A stretch of DNA of 64,000 nucleotides from Naegleria gruberi (Eukaryota). Of this stretch, positions 9,203-19,957 are shown piece by piece. Every line of letters starts with the position of its first letter. Position 1 is the stretch's first letter. A model generated the notes under the pieces. It was not told the origin of the DNA. It saw only the letters and a program-made list of their open reading frames with translations, and did not search any database. The stretch is taken from the NCBI GenBank assembly GCA_000004985.1, contig GG738861.1, one strand, 5' to 3'. Position numbers and translations under genes: made by a program.

Positions 9203-11950
9203 TTAATCAACCATTCGCATATGTTCACTTTGAATATTTGTCCAAGCATTTTTGGCTACCTTTTCCACAAATTCCGATTTCTGGGTTGGCTTGATGAGAT
9301 TGAAGAAATTAGTGAAATTGTACATCTGCTTGTGGAAAGTTTGATTATGCTTGTCAGATAACTGTTTCAAGTGTTGCCATGTGTCACTTGAGAGAGATTG
9401 ACCGTAATTTGTTTGCATTATTTTCTTTAACAATCTTTGAGCACGAACACCATCTTCCATATTTCTCAAATAACTTTCACCACATTCACGAAGTAATTCA
9501 CACATGAATTCCAATTCAGTTCTGGCTGCTTTTGCTTCGAACTCTGGATCGTCTGAATAGCCGCTGAAATGATATTTAAATGGAGCGTCTGATGATTGTT
9601 TCAGATATCCTGTTATCGTTTCCTTCAATTTTGGACATTCTGCTGCTTTAGCACCGGTGAGCATTGCTGGGATACTTTGCTTTGAATCCATGTGGAAAAA
9701 GTCTGGATAAATTGTCACATGTTTTTCAAGTGGTTTGCCTTCACATACATTGATAGCAAATTTAGCCCAAAGTGCAGATGGATCCCAAATCTTCAAATAT
9801 TTCAAAACTGAAATGACATAATGTCCAGTATTGCTGTTCTTTTCATCATAGAATTGAGAACAGTTCCATGCACAGTTGAATTCAGCCAATCTATAAAGGA
9901 AGCTATCAATTTCTTCATTCTTTCTAACTTTGTAAATGTTACAATCATAGAAGGTTTGATAGAGGAAATTTTCTTTCTTTTCTTGATCTTCAATAACTAT
10001 CAAGTGAGTTTTGTCATCAAAAGAAATAACAAACTTGGCAAAGAAAAGAGCCACTTTCAATTTTGGAATATTGTTTTGTGCATCTTGGGAAGGAAGTGCA
10101 TTAGCATCGTATATAACAAATTTGAGATTGAGATATGGAACTTTGTCATTTCTGGCGTGACGTTTTCCTGGATTGTAATTAGCTTCTAAGTGTTTTGGAA
10201 CAACAGTGTTGATGACAATATACTCTTCAGCTTGTTTTGTATCAAGGTCACTGCTCTTTTTGTGTGCCAATGTTTGCACAGAGTTTTCAATCATCTTCTC
10301 ATCTTCTAAAGGAATTCTATTTTGAATAGATTTTACAATCATATCAGTTGCCTCTTCTGCGCCAAATACCTTTTCTTCTTTTCGGACCTCAGCTGGTTTA
10401 ATTGTTACTAATTGTTCACTGGAACTAGCAGGATAAATCACTTCTTCAAATGTGACACCTTCTACCTCAAATCCATTGGATTTGAGGAATCCAGCAAAGT
10501 TGTATCCAAATATGTCAATTATTTTACCGAATTGCATTTGGAAATTTTCAATGAAATGACCTAAATTCTCAAATTTATCCTTAGATTGTTGGTATTGTTG
10601 TTTTGCAAATTGTCCAATGTTCAATATGGTGACAACTGGGGAGTATTTACTAAGAACCGAGTTGTCCCACTGGTAACCAAAGCTTGAATAGTTTGAAGTT
10701 GTTTGGGTATTACCTCCTTGTTGGGTAGTGTACTGAACCCCTCTCATGCTTTGTCCATTATCTTCCGGATTGTAACTAGTTATTGGTTGAATATTATTTG
10801 ATTGAGCTGCCTTGGAAGTGTCAAAAAATGTATAGTCAACTAGTCCATCTATTATTTCATTATTAATTACCAAGAAAATACAAGTCTCTAAATCACTCTC
10901 AAAATGAGTAAGAACTGGCGAAGTAACAAAATGGAGGCCAGCATAATTTCCAATTTCACTGATATGAAGTAATTGTGGAAGAGCAACTTGTACTTCTGGG
11001 TGATCCTTTGGTACAAACCACATACTGATACTTTGCATTGAATGATTTTTTAGCATTTCATACAATCCAGTTCTTGAGCTTTCTTTGAATGATAAATAAA
11101 GAGTGTTTGGCTGTCCACCCATTTTAGGCCCATTTTCAAAATGGATTTTTGTGTATGTGACGGTATTGTAAAAATCAGTAAGTGGATTTGGATAATCAAT
11201 TTCATCATCATCTTTGTCAGATTGTTCAACAGCAATAATGTTAGGAGTAAGGCTGTCAAGAGAATCTGTTTTGCCTTCCATAAAATTTTCCAATATTTGT
11301 TGTACAATGACACTTCCAAAGTTTGCCTTCCTGTTTGGTGTTCTCCTCCTGTTGGTTGGACTTGAACAATTACTTAAAGAAGAGCCTAAAGAGTTAAACC
11401 TTAAAAAAGCCTGAATGAATTCATCCTCCTCATTTTGAACAGCATCTGAAATGAAACATGATTCTTTGGTTGTGCAACCTCTTTCTCCAACGCCACTTCC
11501 TCTTTGAGTTTTCATAGTGATGTAAGCCTGATAGTATTGGTTCTGATACTGGATCTCGAATACCAGGGCTACGAACTTGATTTGTGTTCTTCCTGGATTC
11601 TTTCCATAGTTTCCCACTTTAATAAAAAGTGATTTACCATCATCAGATTGTGTCACCTCTTTCGGTGTAATAGAAGTTTGAAATGTGACAATTCTTGTCA
11701 AGGGGTCAATGTGCATATCACTCAAATTTCCACTACCACCAAGACTGCTATTTCTCGTACTTATTACACTACTTGGTTCACACAAGCAAGCAGCCGAATA
11801 CAACAACCTAATGTTCCCATCTCCATAGGGATTATCAATAAAAACGTTGAATTTTCTGTTTTTCAAGTTATGGAAGGGACTCCACAACTTCAAGGAAAGA
11901 TACAACCCATCTCCAGCCAATAACTTCTTAGATAGAGTTTGCTCCGGCAT
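9203..11950 (-). CDS. Large hypothetical protein, about 915 aa
   Basis: The track start (11959) is a GTG. The first ATG is at 11950 (MPEQTLSKKLLAGDGLYLSLKLW...). The frame is continuous and coding-like. No family recognised. Confidence 0.55.
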   Translation of the reverse strand: MPEQTLSKKLLAGDGLYLSLKLWSPFHNLKNRKFNVFIDNPYGDGNIRLLYSAACLCEPSSVISTRNSSLGGSGNLSDMHIDPLTRIVTFQTSITPKEVTQSDDGKSLFIKVGNYGKNPGRTQIKFVALVFEIQYQNQYYQAYITMKTQRGSGVGERGCTTKESCFISDAVQNEEDEFIQAFLRFNSLGSSLSNCSSPTNRRRTPNRKANFGSVIVQQILENFMEGKTDSLDSLTPNIIAVEQSDKDDDEIDYPNPLTDFYNTVTYTKIHFENGPKMGGQPNTLYLSFKESSRTGLYEMLKNHSMQSISMWFVPKDHPEVQVALPQLLHISEIGNYAGLHFVTSPVLTHFESDLETCIFLVINNEIIDGLVDYTFFDTSKAAQSNNIQPITSYNPEDNGQSMRGVQYTTQQGGNTQTTSNYSSFGYQWDNSVLSKYSPVVTILNIGQFAKQQYQQSKDKFENLGHFIENFQMQFGKIIDIFGYNFAGFLKSNGFEVEGVTFEEVIYPASSSEQLVTIKPAEVRKEEKVFGAEEATDMIVKSIQNRIPLEDEKMIENSVQTLAHKKSSDLDTKQAEEYIVINTVVPKHLEANYNPGKRHARNDKVPYLNLKFVIYDANALPSQDAQNNIPKLKVALFFAKFVISFDDKTHLIVIEDQEKKENFLYQTFYDCNIYKVRKNEEIDSFLYRLAEFNCAWNCSQFYDEKNSNTGHYVISVLKYLKIWDPSALWAKFAINVCEGKPLEKHVTIYPDFFHMDSKQSIPAMLTGAKAAECPKLKETITGYLKQSSDAPFKYHFSGYSDDPEFEAKAARTELEFMCELLRECGESYLRNMEDGVRAQRLLKKIMQTNYGQSLSSDTWQHLKQLSDKHNQTFHKQMYNFTNFFNLIKPTQKSEFVEKVAKNAWTNIQSEHMRMVD

Positions 11951-12553
11951 CACATCCACTAAATTTTTCGTATTTTTTTTAAATTAATCTTTGCATCACG
12001 TTGGTGATGTTTTTTTTATAGTTGTTTTTGAAACGTGATCGTGCTTTCTTTACAACGTGATGGAAACGCATTTATTAAATAATGTAATTCCAAGTTGGAC
12101 ATTTAACTTGTTGCAAGTTAAAAAAAACAGCTAAAAAGAGTGGTGACTTTGCCGATTTAAATTGGCTCAAAGAAAGCACTTCCCTTCAGTCAACTGGCTC
12201 ATTTCCTACTCTAAATACATTAACTCTTTTAACCTTTCATTTTGTTCTTGTGGAATTGTATCTAGTTGGTTTTTAAAAACTATTGCGTTTGTTTTTTGAT
12301 AGTCCACACATGGAATTTCTTGCTCTAATCATATATTGATAGTGCTTGTGGGAACAACGTTATTATTTGATGAGTTGCGCTAATAGCCAATCATCGGCAG
12401 TTATTGTTGGACTCTTACTATCGATCACATGTTCAAGACGAAGGATGTTCTTTCATCTGCACATTTAGATTTTACAAACCTTCTCCAGTGTTTAACGTTC
12501 TTCATTTTTTTAATTTTTTTTAGAAATTTAATTTATTACAATTTACAGCACGT

Positions 12554-13306
12554 TTACTTCAAGTGCTCTTCAACAGCCGCTCTTGCAGTATTCATCAGCT
12601 TACGGAAATTGTTAATTGGATTACCAACATGGAAATCATCAGGTCCAGGAAACTTTTGCTCGGATTGGAGTTGTTTGACACGTTCTCTTTCGTTCCTTTC
12701 ATCTGCAATTTTCTTCTTTTTTGCCTCTCTTTCTTCTTGTTTGGCTTGTTTTTCTAATGCTTTCTTTTCTTGTTCAGCTTCTCTTGTTCTTTTCTTTTCT
12801 TCGCGTTTCTTTTCCTTCTCCAACTCCTCGGCTTGCTTTTCCTGTTTCTTCTTTTCCCTTTCTTGCTCCTTCTCTTCCTTTTTCTTCTTTTTTTGCCAAA
12901 AGGGACATTCTTCTCCTTCTGGGCAGTCGCCATCACCTGTGCAGCTCTTTTCTGTACAAGTCCCTCTTCTGTGACCACGACCATGACACTTACTACACAG
13001 TTGACTTGAGACTTTACAATGTTTGAAATAATAATAAAAAATTAAATATAATAATTATAACTTACCTTTAAAACTTGATGTTGCACTTGAGGCTACACTT
13101 GATGCTCTAGTGATACTGCTGATTGTGGACAGTTGGTCCTGTGCCAATTCTTGTGCATCATCTTTCCAAACAGGGAAGGTTGAATTCATCTGAGAATTGG
13201 AAAATGTATTTGTTGAAAAGGTATCTTGGGACCCACTTTGTACATTTTGAAAATCGAGTCCAACGAAAGGATTGAAAATTGGAGGAGATGTTTCAGATTT
13301 ATGCAT
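12554..13306 (-). CDS. CCHC zinc-knuckle plus K/E coiled-coil protein: join(13306..13066,13011..12554)
   Basis: Exon 1 (MHKSETSPPIFNPFVGLDFQN...SSATSSFK) ends at aaAG|GTAAGT. A 54-nt intron ends in aaag|. Exon 2 reads VSSQLCSKCHGRGHRRGTCTEKSCTGDGDCPEGEECPFWQ (a CX2CX4HX4C knuckle), then a long K/E-rich helix and FPGPDDFHVGNPINNFRKLMNTARAAVEEHLK*. A possible extra 5' exon (MESKIVWSIPNIK...NHPS, 13527..13377) with a 64-nt GTTTGT intron is weaker. Confidence 0.5.
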
Positions 13307-13615
13307 AGATGAGCTTCCAATATTAACATCAATACTTCAAATAATCATTATCTGAAATATAATAATAAAAAACAAACCTTGAGGGATGATTCATATAAGA
13401 ATGAATATTCCATTGTGGAATAGTGTTTGGTTGGTTATTTGGTAACCAATTCCATTGGTGTGGATGTAATTGTTTATTATTTGCATTCTTTATATTTGGA
13501 ATTGACCAAACAATTTTGCTTTCCATTGACCATCTAGGGAATTCAATAATAGAAAGAAAGTTCCCAATACACTTGGTCTTCTCGGCATGAATGAAATACA
13601 ACAATATAAAAAAAT

Positions 13616-14857
13616 ATGGAGACAAGAAGTAGGATATTCACAAGTTCTGGCAGCACCAGTAACTTGTCAAATGCAGAGGAAAATACATTACCTGCTAATA
13701 TCCACCATCATCAAGTGAATGTAGAGAAGGAAACAGATCCAATACCTAATTTTAAAAGAACAGTCGATTCGAATAAGAAGATTTCTAATATCTTTAGGCG
13801 AATTGTGAGAAGTTGTTGCAATAAGATTCCATTTTTTGGTAGTTTTACTTCATCAAATGATGAAAGTATTGTTGGAAGAAAAGTTGTGGAACAAACTTCC
13901 GAAACCAATTTTCCATATTGTAAAATATTAATGCTAGTAATACTTGGTTTTCTAATTGCCTCCTTTATATTGGGAGTTGTACTTTACATGATTGTTTCCC
14001 GATGGGTAAGAGATCAAGCAGGTGATTTTATTGTTCATGAAATTGTTCGTAAAGGAAATTTAAAACACATTTTACAACAAGTGGTTGATCGTGTTTATTT
14101 GTATGATGTTGAGGGAGATTTCAAAAATCCAAGATATCAACTTGCAGTGGATACTTCTCATGATGGTGAATTCTCGGTTCTCGTTCAACACATGTTAAAT
14201 AATCCAGAGTTTGAGAATTATGAAGAACAAATCCATAGAAATGAGAAGAGATATACCATTGTTGATATTGGAGCTCATGATTGTGTTAGTGGTTCAAATA
14301 GTTTCAATTTTATCAAGATGGGATTCGATGCAATTGTTGTTGAGCCATCTCCAGTTAATATGAAATTGTGTAAGAGTAATTTGGAGAGAGCTAGAAGAAC
14401 ATTTAAATTTGATCAACATCATCCTCGTCAACGTATTGAATTTGTGGAGGCTGCCATTACTGATGCTGATGGAACAGCAACTTTGGGCAATAGAGATGAG
14501 AAGGATAGTTGGGGAATGCAATTCTTTGTGGATAAGGAGAATCCAAATGCTGGAAATCTTGGTAATGCTCCAGTTGTTAAAACTCTCAAATTTGGAACAT
14601 TTGCTGCGGAAAGTGAGCTTCCAAAGAAGTTTTCAGTCTTGTCTATCGATGCTGAAGGTCAAGATGTTAAGATTTTATTGAACTTCTTGAGAGAGGGCTA
14701 TAAACCATTATATTTGATTTATGAAGGACTTCATGGCACTGGTTTAAAGGTAGAAGTGATGAGTACCTATGGTTATCAATTGATTGGTGAGAGAGGATGG
14801 AATCAAATCTATGTTTACAGAGTTGAAACTGATACTATTTTAAAGAAAAAGAAATAG
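13616..14857 (+). CDS. FkbM-family (Methyltransf_21) SAM methyltransferase with type II membrane topology
   Basis: The N-terminal tail is followed by one TM segment (ILMLVILGFLIASFILGVVLYMIV) and then a catalytic domain with an FkbM-like core (RYTIVDIGAHDCVSGSNSFNFIKMGFDAIVVEPSPVNMKLCKSNLERA ... IEFVEAAITDADGTATLG). Confidence 0.7.
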   Translation: METRSRIFTSSGSTSNLSNAEENTLPANIHHHQVNVEKETDPIPNFKRTVDSNKKISNIFRRIVRSCCNKIPFFGSFTSSNDESIVGRKVVEQTSETNFPYCKILMLVILGFLIASFILGVVLYMIVSRWVRDQAGDFIVHEIVRKGNLKHILQQVVDRVYLYDVEGDFKNPRYQLAVDTSHDGEFSVLVQHMLNNPEFENYEEQIHRNEKRYTIVDIGAHDCVSGSNSFNFIKMGFDAIVVEPSPVNMKLCKSNLERARRTFKFDQHHPRQRIEFVEAAITDADGTATLGNRDEKDSWGMQFFVDKENPNAGNLGNAPVVKTLKFGTFAAESELPKKFSVLSIDAEGQDVKILLNFLREGYKPLYLIYEGLHGTGLKVEVMSTYGYQLIGERGWNQIYVYRVETDTILKKKK

Positions 14858-14880
14858 ATGTATAATAAATAATATGTAAA

Positions 14881-16426
14881 TTATTTATTGCAACTATCTT
14901 TCATTTCAATATCGTCAGTTTCATTGGCCTTTTCTACAGCATCCTTATATTCCTCTTCAGAGAGGTATGGTCGAATGAGATCGAGTTTACCAATTCTTTG
15001 CAATCCTCTTCTCAATAATTTGGCCATACGAGGGCTTCTCTTAACAAGATCAGAATAAACCAAATGGACATTGGAGCTGTCACAAAAGTTTTGAGTGACT
15101 GCAAAGGTATCATCCAAATTCAAGACCATATGCCACCAAGTACTTGGTACAAAGATTAAATCACCAGGATATTGAACACATTCCCAAGGTCTTCTTCCTT
15201 GATTAAGGGCTTCATAATATTCATTGGTCAACCATTGAATTGGTTCAGAACAAGGTACATAGCTTGGAACTGGTTGAGCATTGTCCTTAATTTCAAATTC
15301 ATCTTCATAAATCTTGTTAATTTTACCTTCGTGTAATAATTTAGTCTTGATTTGCTTTTCGAATTGCAACTTTTCTTGAATCATTTCTTGTTCTGCACTC
15401 TTCATTTCTTCAATTGCTTCCTCCAAATCTTCACTCACATGACTCATTGGATAGAAGAGCCATCTCTTACGACCACTCAATAAGGCATTCCAAGCACTTG
15501 TCAAGTATGGATCCATGTGGAACTAATTACTCTGTTTAGTATAATTTAACACAAATAATACTTACTTGAGTACCACTTCTTGCAGGTCCAACAACCAGCC
15601 ATCTAAAGAGTGGTCTTTCATCAAGTGATAGACATTGCTCGAAAAAGTCTTCCTTGAATAATTGTGGAATTTCATATTCATCCAAAAGTCTTACATCTCT
15701 TTCTGCAAACTTTGAATCAAAAACATAGATTGGATTTTCATCTTGATTATGTTTCATATAATTGGCATAATTTTGAAACTTGATTTTGATATTGCCTTCC
15801 TTTCTGTGTTCATCGTATTTACTCAAATCCTTTCCTTCCTTTTTATCTTGAAGATATTCTCTGTACAATTCTGAATAATGAGGACCCAAGTGTGAAACTT
15901 GTTGATCTGTTTTAAATTCAACTTCACCATACTTTTCCAAGAATGAATCCAATTTCCAATTAGTCATGGCTTTCCAGCTTGAAAGAGCTCCTGTAATAAT
16001 TACAGGAATTTGAAACTTGTTATACTTTTCAGTAAATTGTTCATAAGTAATACTCTCGGCAGGTATTCTTTCAATGTGTGAAAATGGAATATCAAAAAGT
16101 GACATGTCAAATTGAGATCTACTCCATCTACTGTACAAGGTACCTGAAAATCCAGTAAATGGACATGGTTTCTCAATCTTTTTACTCAACCACCATGCAT
16201 GGATATAGGTATATTTCCATGATTTTTCATACCAAAAGTTTCCTTGAAATTCATTCAATGTAAATTGTCTCCACATACTATGATCTTCACTCAATACGAG
16301 TAGAGTTTTAGAAACCAATGAAAGATTACAAAGCTCACTCTTTGATAGGTATGGAATGATAATTTCAACAATACCATCATCAGGAATTTCCTGGAGTAAA
16401 CCCAATCCTTTTCTAATTATCATCAT
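14881..16426 (-). CDS. F-box / JmjC-domain protein (JMJD6-like 2OG-Fe(II) oxygenase): join(16426..15566,15522..14881)
   Basis: The N-terminal F-box-like region is LPDDGIVEIIIPYLSKSELCNLSLVSKTLLVLSEDHSMWRQF. A 43-nt phase-0 intron (GTAAGTATT...aTACTAAAcagagtaatTAG) joins ...WLVVGPARSGTQ|FHMDPYLTSAWNALLSGRKRWLFYP. That junction matches human JMJD6 [38 protein letters not shown]. Confidence 0.8.
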
Positions 16427-16929
16427 TTGTTAATATCATTGTCATCATCATGAGACAATTCAACCATCATCATTATCAATATGATCACTTGTTTAATTTA
16501 AAGAACAACTTACTCTCTAATAATTGGCTTGAAATTTTCTTGTGCTTGTGCTGGTTCCTTGTTGATCGGATCAACAACAGATACTCCTGGAGCAGTGATT
16601 GTTGTCATGTGTTAATGGTGTGGAGTATGCAATGAGGTTTACCGGTATTTTTTTCTTATGTTCTAAAAAGAACAATTTGGTGTATTGTTCGATTTTGGAT
16701 AATTGGATGGCAATTCGAAATAATGTACATGAGGATGAACATTTGGTTTTTGGGTGCTCTTAGTAGATGGGGTTACATCCATGATTGATTTGCATTACAA
16801 TCATGGATGGAGAAAAGATAAGGCATTAAGTTTAGAATAAATCATTCGAAAAAAAGATTAATTGGTAACAGTGAATTTATTTGATACAAACTATACATTA
16901 CATTTTCATCTGAGAGAGATGAAGAGAGT

Positions 16930-17832
16930 TTAATTGCCATCGAGCAATGGAACATTGTCCAAAATACCCTTTTCAGGAGCATATTTACCATAGTGCAATT
17001 CATTCATGTCAGTGCTGGAAATCTTTGTCCAACCATCAGAACGAATCAAATATACATTGATAATACCACCAGAGTAAGCATCACGGTGAGTAGCGTGATA
17101 AATAGCACGACGACCTAATTCACAAGCTTCTTCTTCTGTCAAATCAGCACGATAACCTTGATCCAAAACACCATAGGCATATAATGATCCTGAACCAACT
17201 GAGAATCTTGTTCCCTTCAAACGAGTACCATCGTTATCAACCATGAACAAGTTTGGACCTGTGTGATCCCAACCAGCAATCATAGTACCCATAGAGAGTC
17301 CATGATCCTTATATTGATATACAATATTGCTGAGCAACTTTGATGCAGCAGCAACAGAAATACGACGCTTATTTCTCAATTCATACAATCTACATTGCAT
17401 ACCCAAATAACGTTCCCAAAATTGACAATCAGCAGCACCACCAGCCATAGTTCCCAAAAGGTATGGATTGATTTCAATGACCTTCTTAACATTTTGTGAT
17501 GAAATGTAATTACCCATAGAAGCACGGGAATCGACTGCAATCACAATACCCTTATTAAATACAAAACCTAATGTTGTAGTACCCTTGGCATAAGTCTTTT
17601 CCAATTTTTCCTTTTGATGTATAAAACCAGAATTATTGAGTGATGGTGGAAGAGCAAATCCTTGTTGTCCATCCAATCCGTATGAAATATCTAAACAAGG
17701 ATCTTGAAGAATAACATTATCTTCATCTTGAGGTCCAATAGAAAGTGAAGTAAAATCACTCGATAATACACTCGACAAGTTTGCTCCTTGCTTGAATGAT
17801 TTTGTTGTCTTTGTTGATGGGAATGAGAGCAT
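16930..17832 (-). CDS. Proteasome subunit beta type-5 (PSMB5/Pre2-like)
   Basis: A propeptide is followed by the mature N-terminus [21 protein letters not shown] and by [26 protein letters not shown] and [21 protein letters not shown], all typical of beta-5. True ATG. Confidence 0.9.
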   Translation of the reverse strand: MLSFPSTKTTKSFKQGANLSSVLSSDFTSLSIGPQDEDNVILQDPCLDISYGLDGQQGFALPPSLNNSGFIHQKEKLEKTYAKGTTTLGFVFNKGIVIAVDSRASMGNYISSQNVKKVIEINPYLLGTMAGGAADCQFWERYLGMQCRLYELRNKRRISVAAASKLLSNIVYQYKDHGLSMGTMIAGWDHTGPNLFMVDNDGTRLKGTRFSVGSGSLYAYGVLDQGYRADLTEEEACELGRRAIYHATHRDAYSGGIINVYLIRSDGWTKISSTDMNELHYGKYAPEKGILDNVPLLDGN

Positions 17833-18197
17833 TTTTTTATATTAATAATTTTCAATAATGATCTAAAAATAAAATATTTTTTCCTCTTTCCCATCACTTA
17901 TTAAATTCCTTTCCTCTTGAAGACAATTTCAAGCTTGTTTTTCATCCAACAAAGTAATATCGACAGCAATGAAATCAATTGAGATCTATGATGGTCAAAG
18001 AGGACATGGTCAGCGGATTTGTTATTCAATAAGTTTGGCTTTGATCAATTAATGAAAAATTAATAATTTATTTTTAAAATTTAAAAAAAAATTGATCGGA
18101 TCACAGTTCATAATTTTAAAACGAATTTTTTTTCTAAAATCATCATTGGATCGTAATCTTTTAATCAAAATAGTCCTAGAATAATAATAATTTGAAA

Positions 18198-19784
18198 ATG
18201 GAATATCTTGTGGATGCATTAACGAGAGCACCAACACAAGTTTTGGTAAAAAGTGCTACTCAATTCGGTGAAGATGCTGCAAGAGTTTTGGGAGCAGCCA
18301 TTGAAGAATCACTTAAAAATTGTACAGAGGAAATTACAACTAGTATTAAAGAAAATTTGAGAGTATCCGGAAAGGGAATATCAAAAGAATTAGATAAATT
18401 TTCCCAGGTTTTTAAAGAGACTGCAGTTGAAGGATTTACAGAGTGGGGTATTGGTATTGAAAGAGCATTCTATCATTTAGGTCATAAATTGGAAAATGGT
18501 TTAAATAATACAGCTAATAGATTGGCTGTTCAATTGGATACAAGTATTGAAAATAATTTATCAAAAATTGATTTGACAGTTAGAGATAGTGTCGATGTTT
18601 TTTCGAAAGGTTTTTTAAAAGAACAAGTTCCACATTGGAGAAATAGTTTTATGAGAGAATTGAATATTGTGATGATATGTTTACTACTTGTTAGTATTGG
18701 AATATTTATTTTGTGTATGAGTTGGGCTCTTGGAGGATATCAAATCATTACCCACATTTTGACAAAAGAGTTCAGTACATTGTGCTTTTTAATTTTTGCT
18801 GTTATTAATGGAATCTCCCTGTATATATGGAGCAAGTCACTGAAAGAAGGTGAAAGCTCAAACGCTTCTGTACAACAGCAATCTGAAGAAGCTGCAACTC
18901 CAAACACCAAATGGGTTAGAAATATCATAACAGAACAACACTTTTATTACAAGAAGAATCCCCAATTAATGCTGATATTTGTGGGGTGTTTGAGTTTCTT
19001 AATGGGTCATTTGGGAAGAGATGTTTTTTCATTCTCCTCGTTTTTAACTCCTTCATCTGGAATTGTTTTTCAAGCACTAACTCACTTGACTTCATGGTTC
19101 CATATTTTGATAATTCTCATACTTATGATTGCCATCACTCTGATTATTAATAAGATACTCTTATTCCAAGTAACCTTAAAGGTTTACACTTTATGGAAAG
19201 ATTGGATGAAATTCAGAGAATTGATGAGAAATGATTCTCGTATTGTTACCTCTAGTCCTATTCAAGAAGACTCGGTAAAGCAAGAAGTAGTTATTGAAAG
19301 AGTTGAATCAGTCAAGTCTCATACTAATATTGGTGTTGGAGATGAAGTTCAACAACCAACACTTCCTCCTGTACGTACATCTTTGACTAACATTCCAAGA
19401 ATTTCTCCAAAGAGCTATTCATCTGGAAACATACCTGTCAGACAACAGAGTAGTGCAGAACCACTGTCAAAGAGAGCTCATAGTGGTGATCATTTAGAAT
19501 CTTTCAATGATGATTCCAGTAGTGACAGTAGTGAGGAATCAAGCAGTAGCGATAGCAGTACTGAAGAAGAGGAACCAAAAATCACTCGTGTTGGGGACAT
19601 CCCAATCTCTGGTGCACCTTTCCTCTTGTTCTGCAAACAGAATAGACCTAAGCTCACTCAACAAAATCCAAACGCATCCTTCTTTGAAGTAAGGAAAAAG
19701 CTAGATGAAATGTGGATGAACCTGAGTGAGGATGAGAAACATGTCTATGAAGAACAAGTGGAGAAGTTAAAGGAAGAGCTGTAA
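18198..19784 (+). CDS. Multi-pass membrane protein with a C-terminal HMG box
   Basis: The track start is a TTG and the first ATG is 18198. Several TM segments are present (MICLLLVSIGIFILCMSWALGG; FSTLCFLIFAVINGISLYIW; LMLIFVGCLSFLMGHL; WFHILIILILMIAITLIINKILLF). A serine/acidic linker is followed by PKITRVGDIPISGAPFLLFCKQNRPKLTQQNPNASFFEVRKKLDEMWMNLSEDEKHVYEEQVEKLKEEL, an HMG-box-like domain. Single exon. Confidence 0.65.
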   Translation: MEYLVDALTRAPTQVLVKSATQFGEDAARVLGAAIEESLKNCTEEITTSIKENLRVSGKGISKELDKFSQVFKETAVEGFTEWGIGIERAFYHLGHKLENGLNNTANRLAVQLDTSIENNLSKIDLTVRDSVDVFSKGFLKEQVPHWRNSFMRELNIVMICLLLVSIGIFILCMSWALGGYQIITHILTKEFSTLCFLIFAVINGISLYIWSKSLKEGESSNASVQQQSEEAATPNTKWVRNIITEQHFYYKKNPQLMLIFVGCLSFLMGHLGRDVFSFSSFLTPSSGIVFQALTHLTSWFHILIILILMIAITLIINKILLFQVTLKVYTLWKDWMKFRELMRNDSRIVTSSPIQEDSVKQEVVIERVESVKSHTNIGVGDEVQQPTLPPVRTSLTNIPRISPKSYSSGNIPVRQQSSAEPLSKRAHSGDHLESFNDDSSSDSSEESSSSDSSTEEEEPKITRVGDIPISGAPFLLFCKQNRPKLTQQNPNASFFEVRKKLDEMWMNLSEDEKHVYEEQVEKLKEEL

Positions 19785-19957
19785 ATAAAATTAGTTCACT
19801 AAAGATGTTCCTCTTGTTGTAAAATTCAAAGAGATCTTTAGAAATTATAAAAAAGATTAGGACATAAGTTTTTGCAAAGTAATAATTTATGTATGTTGGT
19901 TTTTAGTACAGTTTAGAAAAATATAAGGAGGTATAAGTGAGAAAATCATAAGTCAGA

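Noticed and set aside
12429-13026. Several overlapping + strand ORFs (181, 101, 79, 64 aa) rich in F/L/S
   Set aside because: They are antisense or mirror frames of the K/E-rich coiled-coil exon of the zinc-knuckle gene on the minus strand. Poly-purine coding repeats always generate such shadow ORFs.
13329-13625. 98-aa minus ORF beginning MSPYFFILLYFIHAEK...
   Set aside because: The first codon is a TTG and the N-terminal half is not protein-like. Only the MESK... portion is retained as a possible optional upstream exon of the zinc-knuckle gene. As a gene start it would overlap the start codon of the plus-strand methyltransferase.
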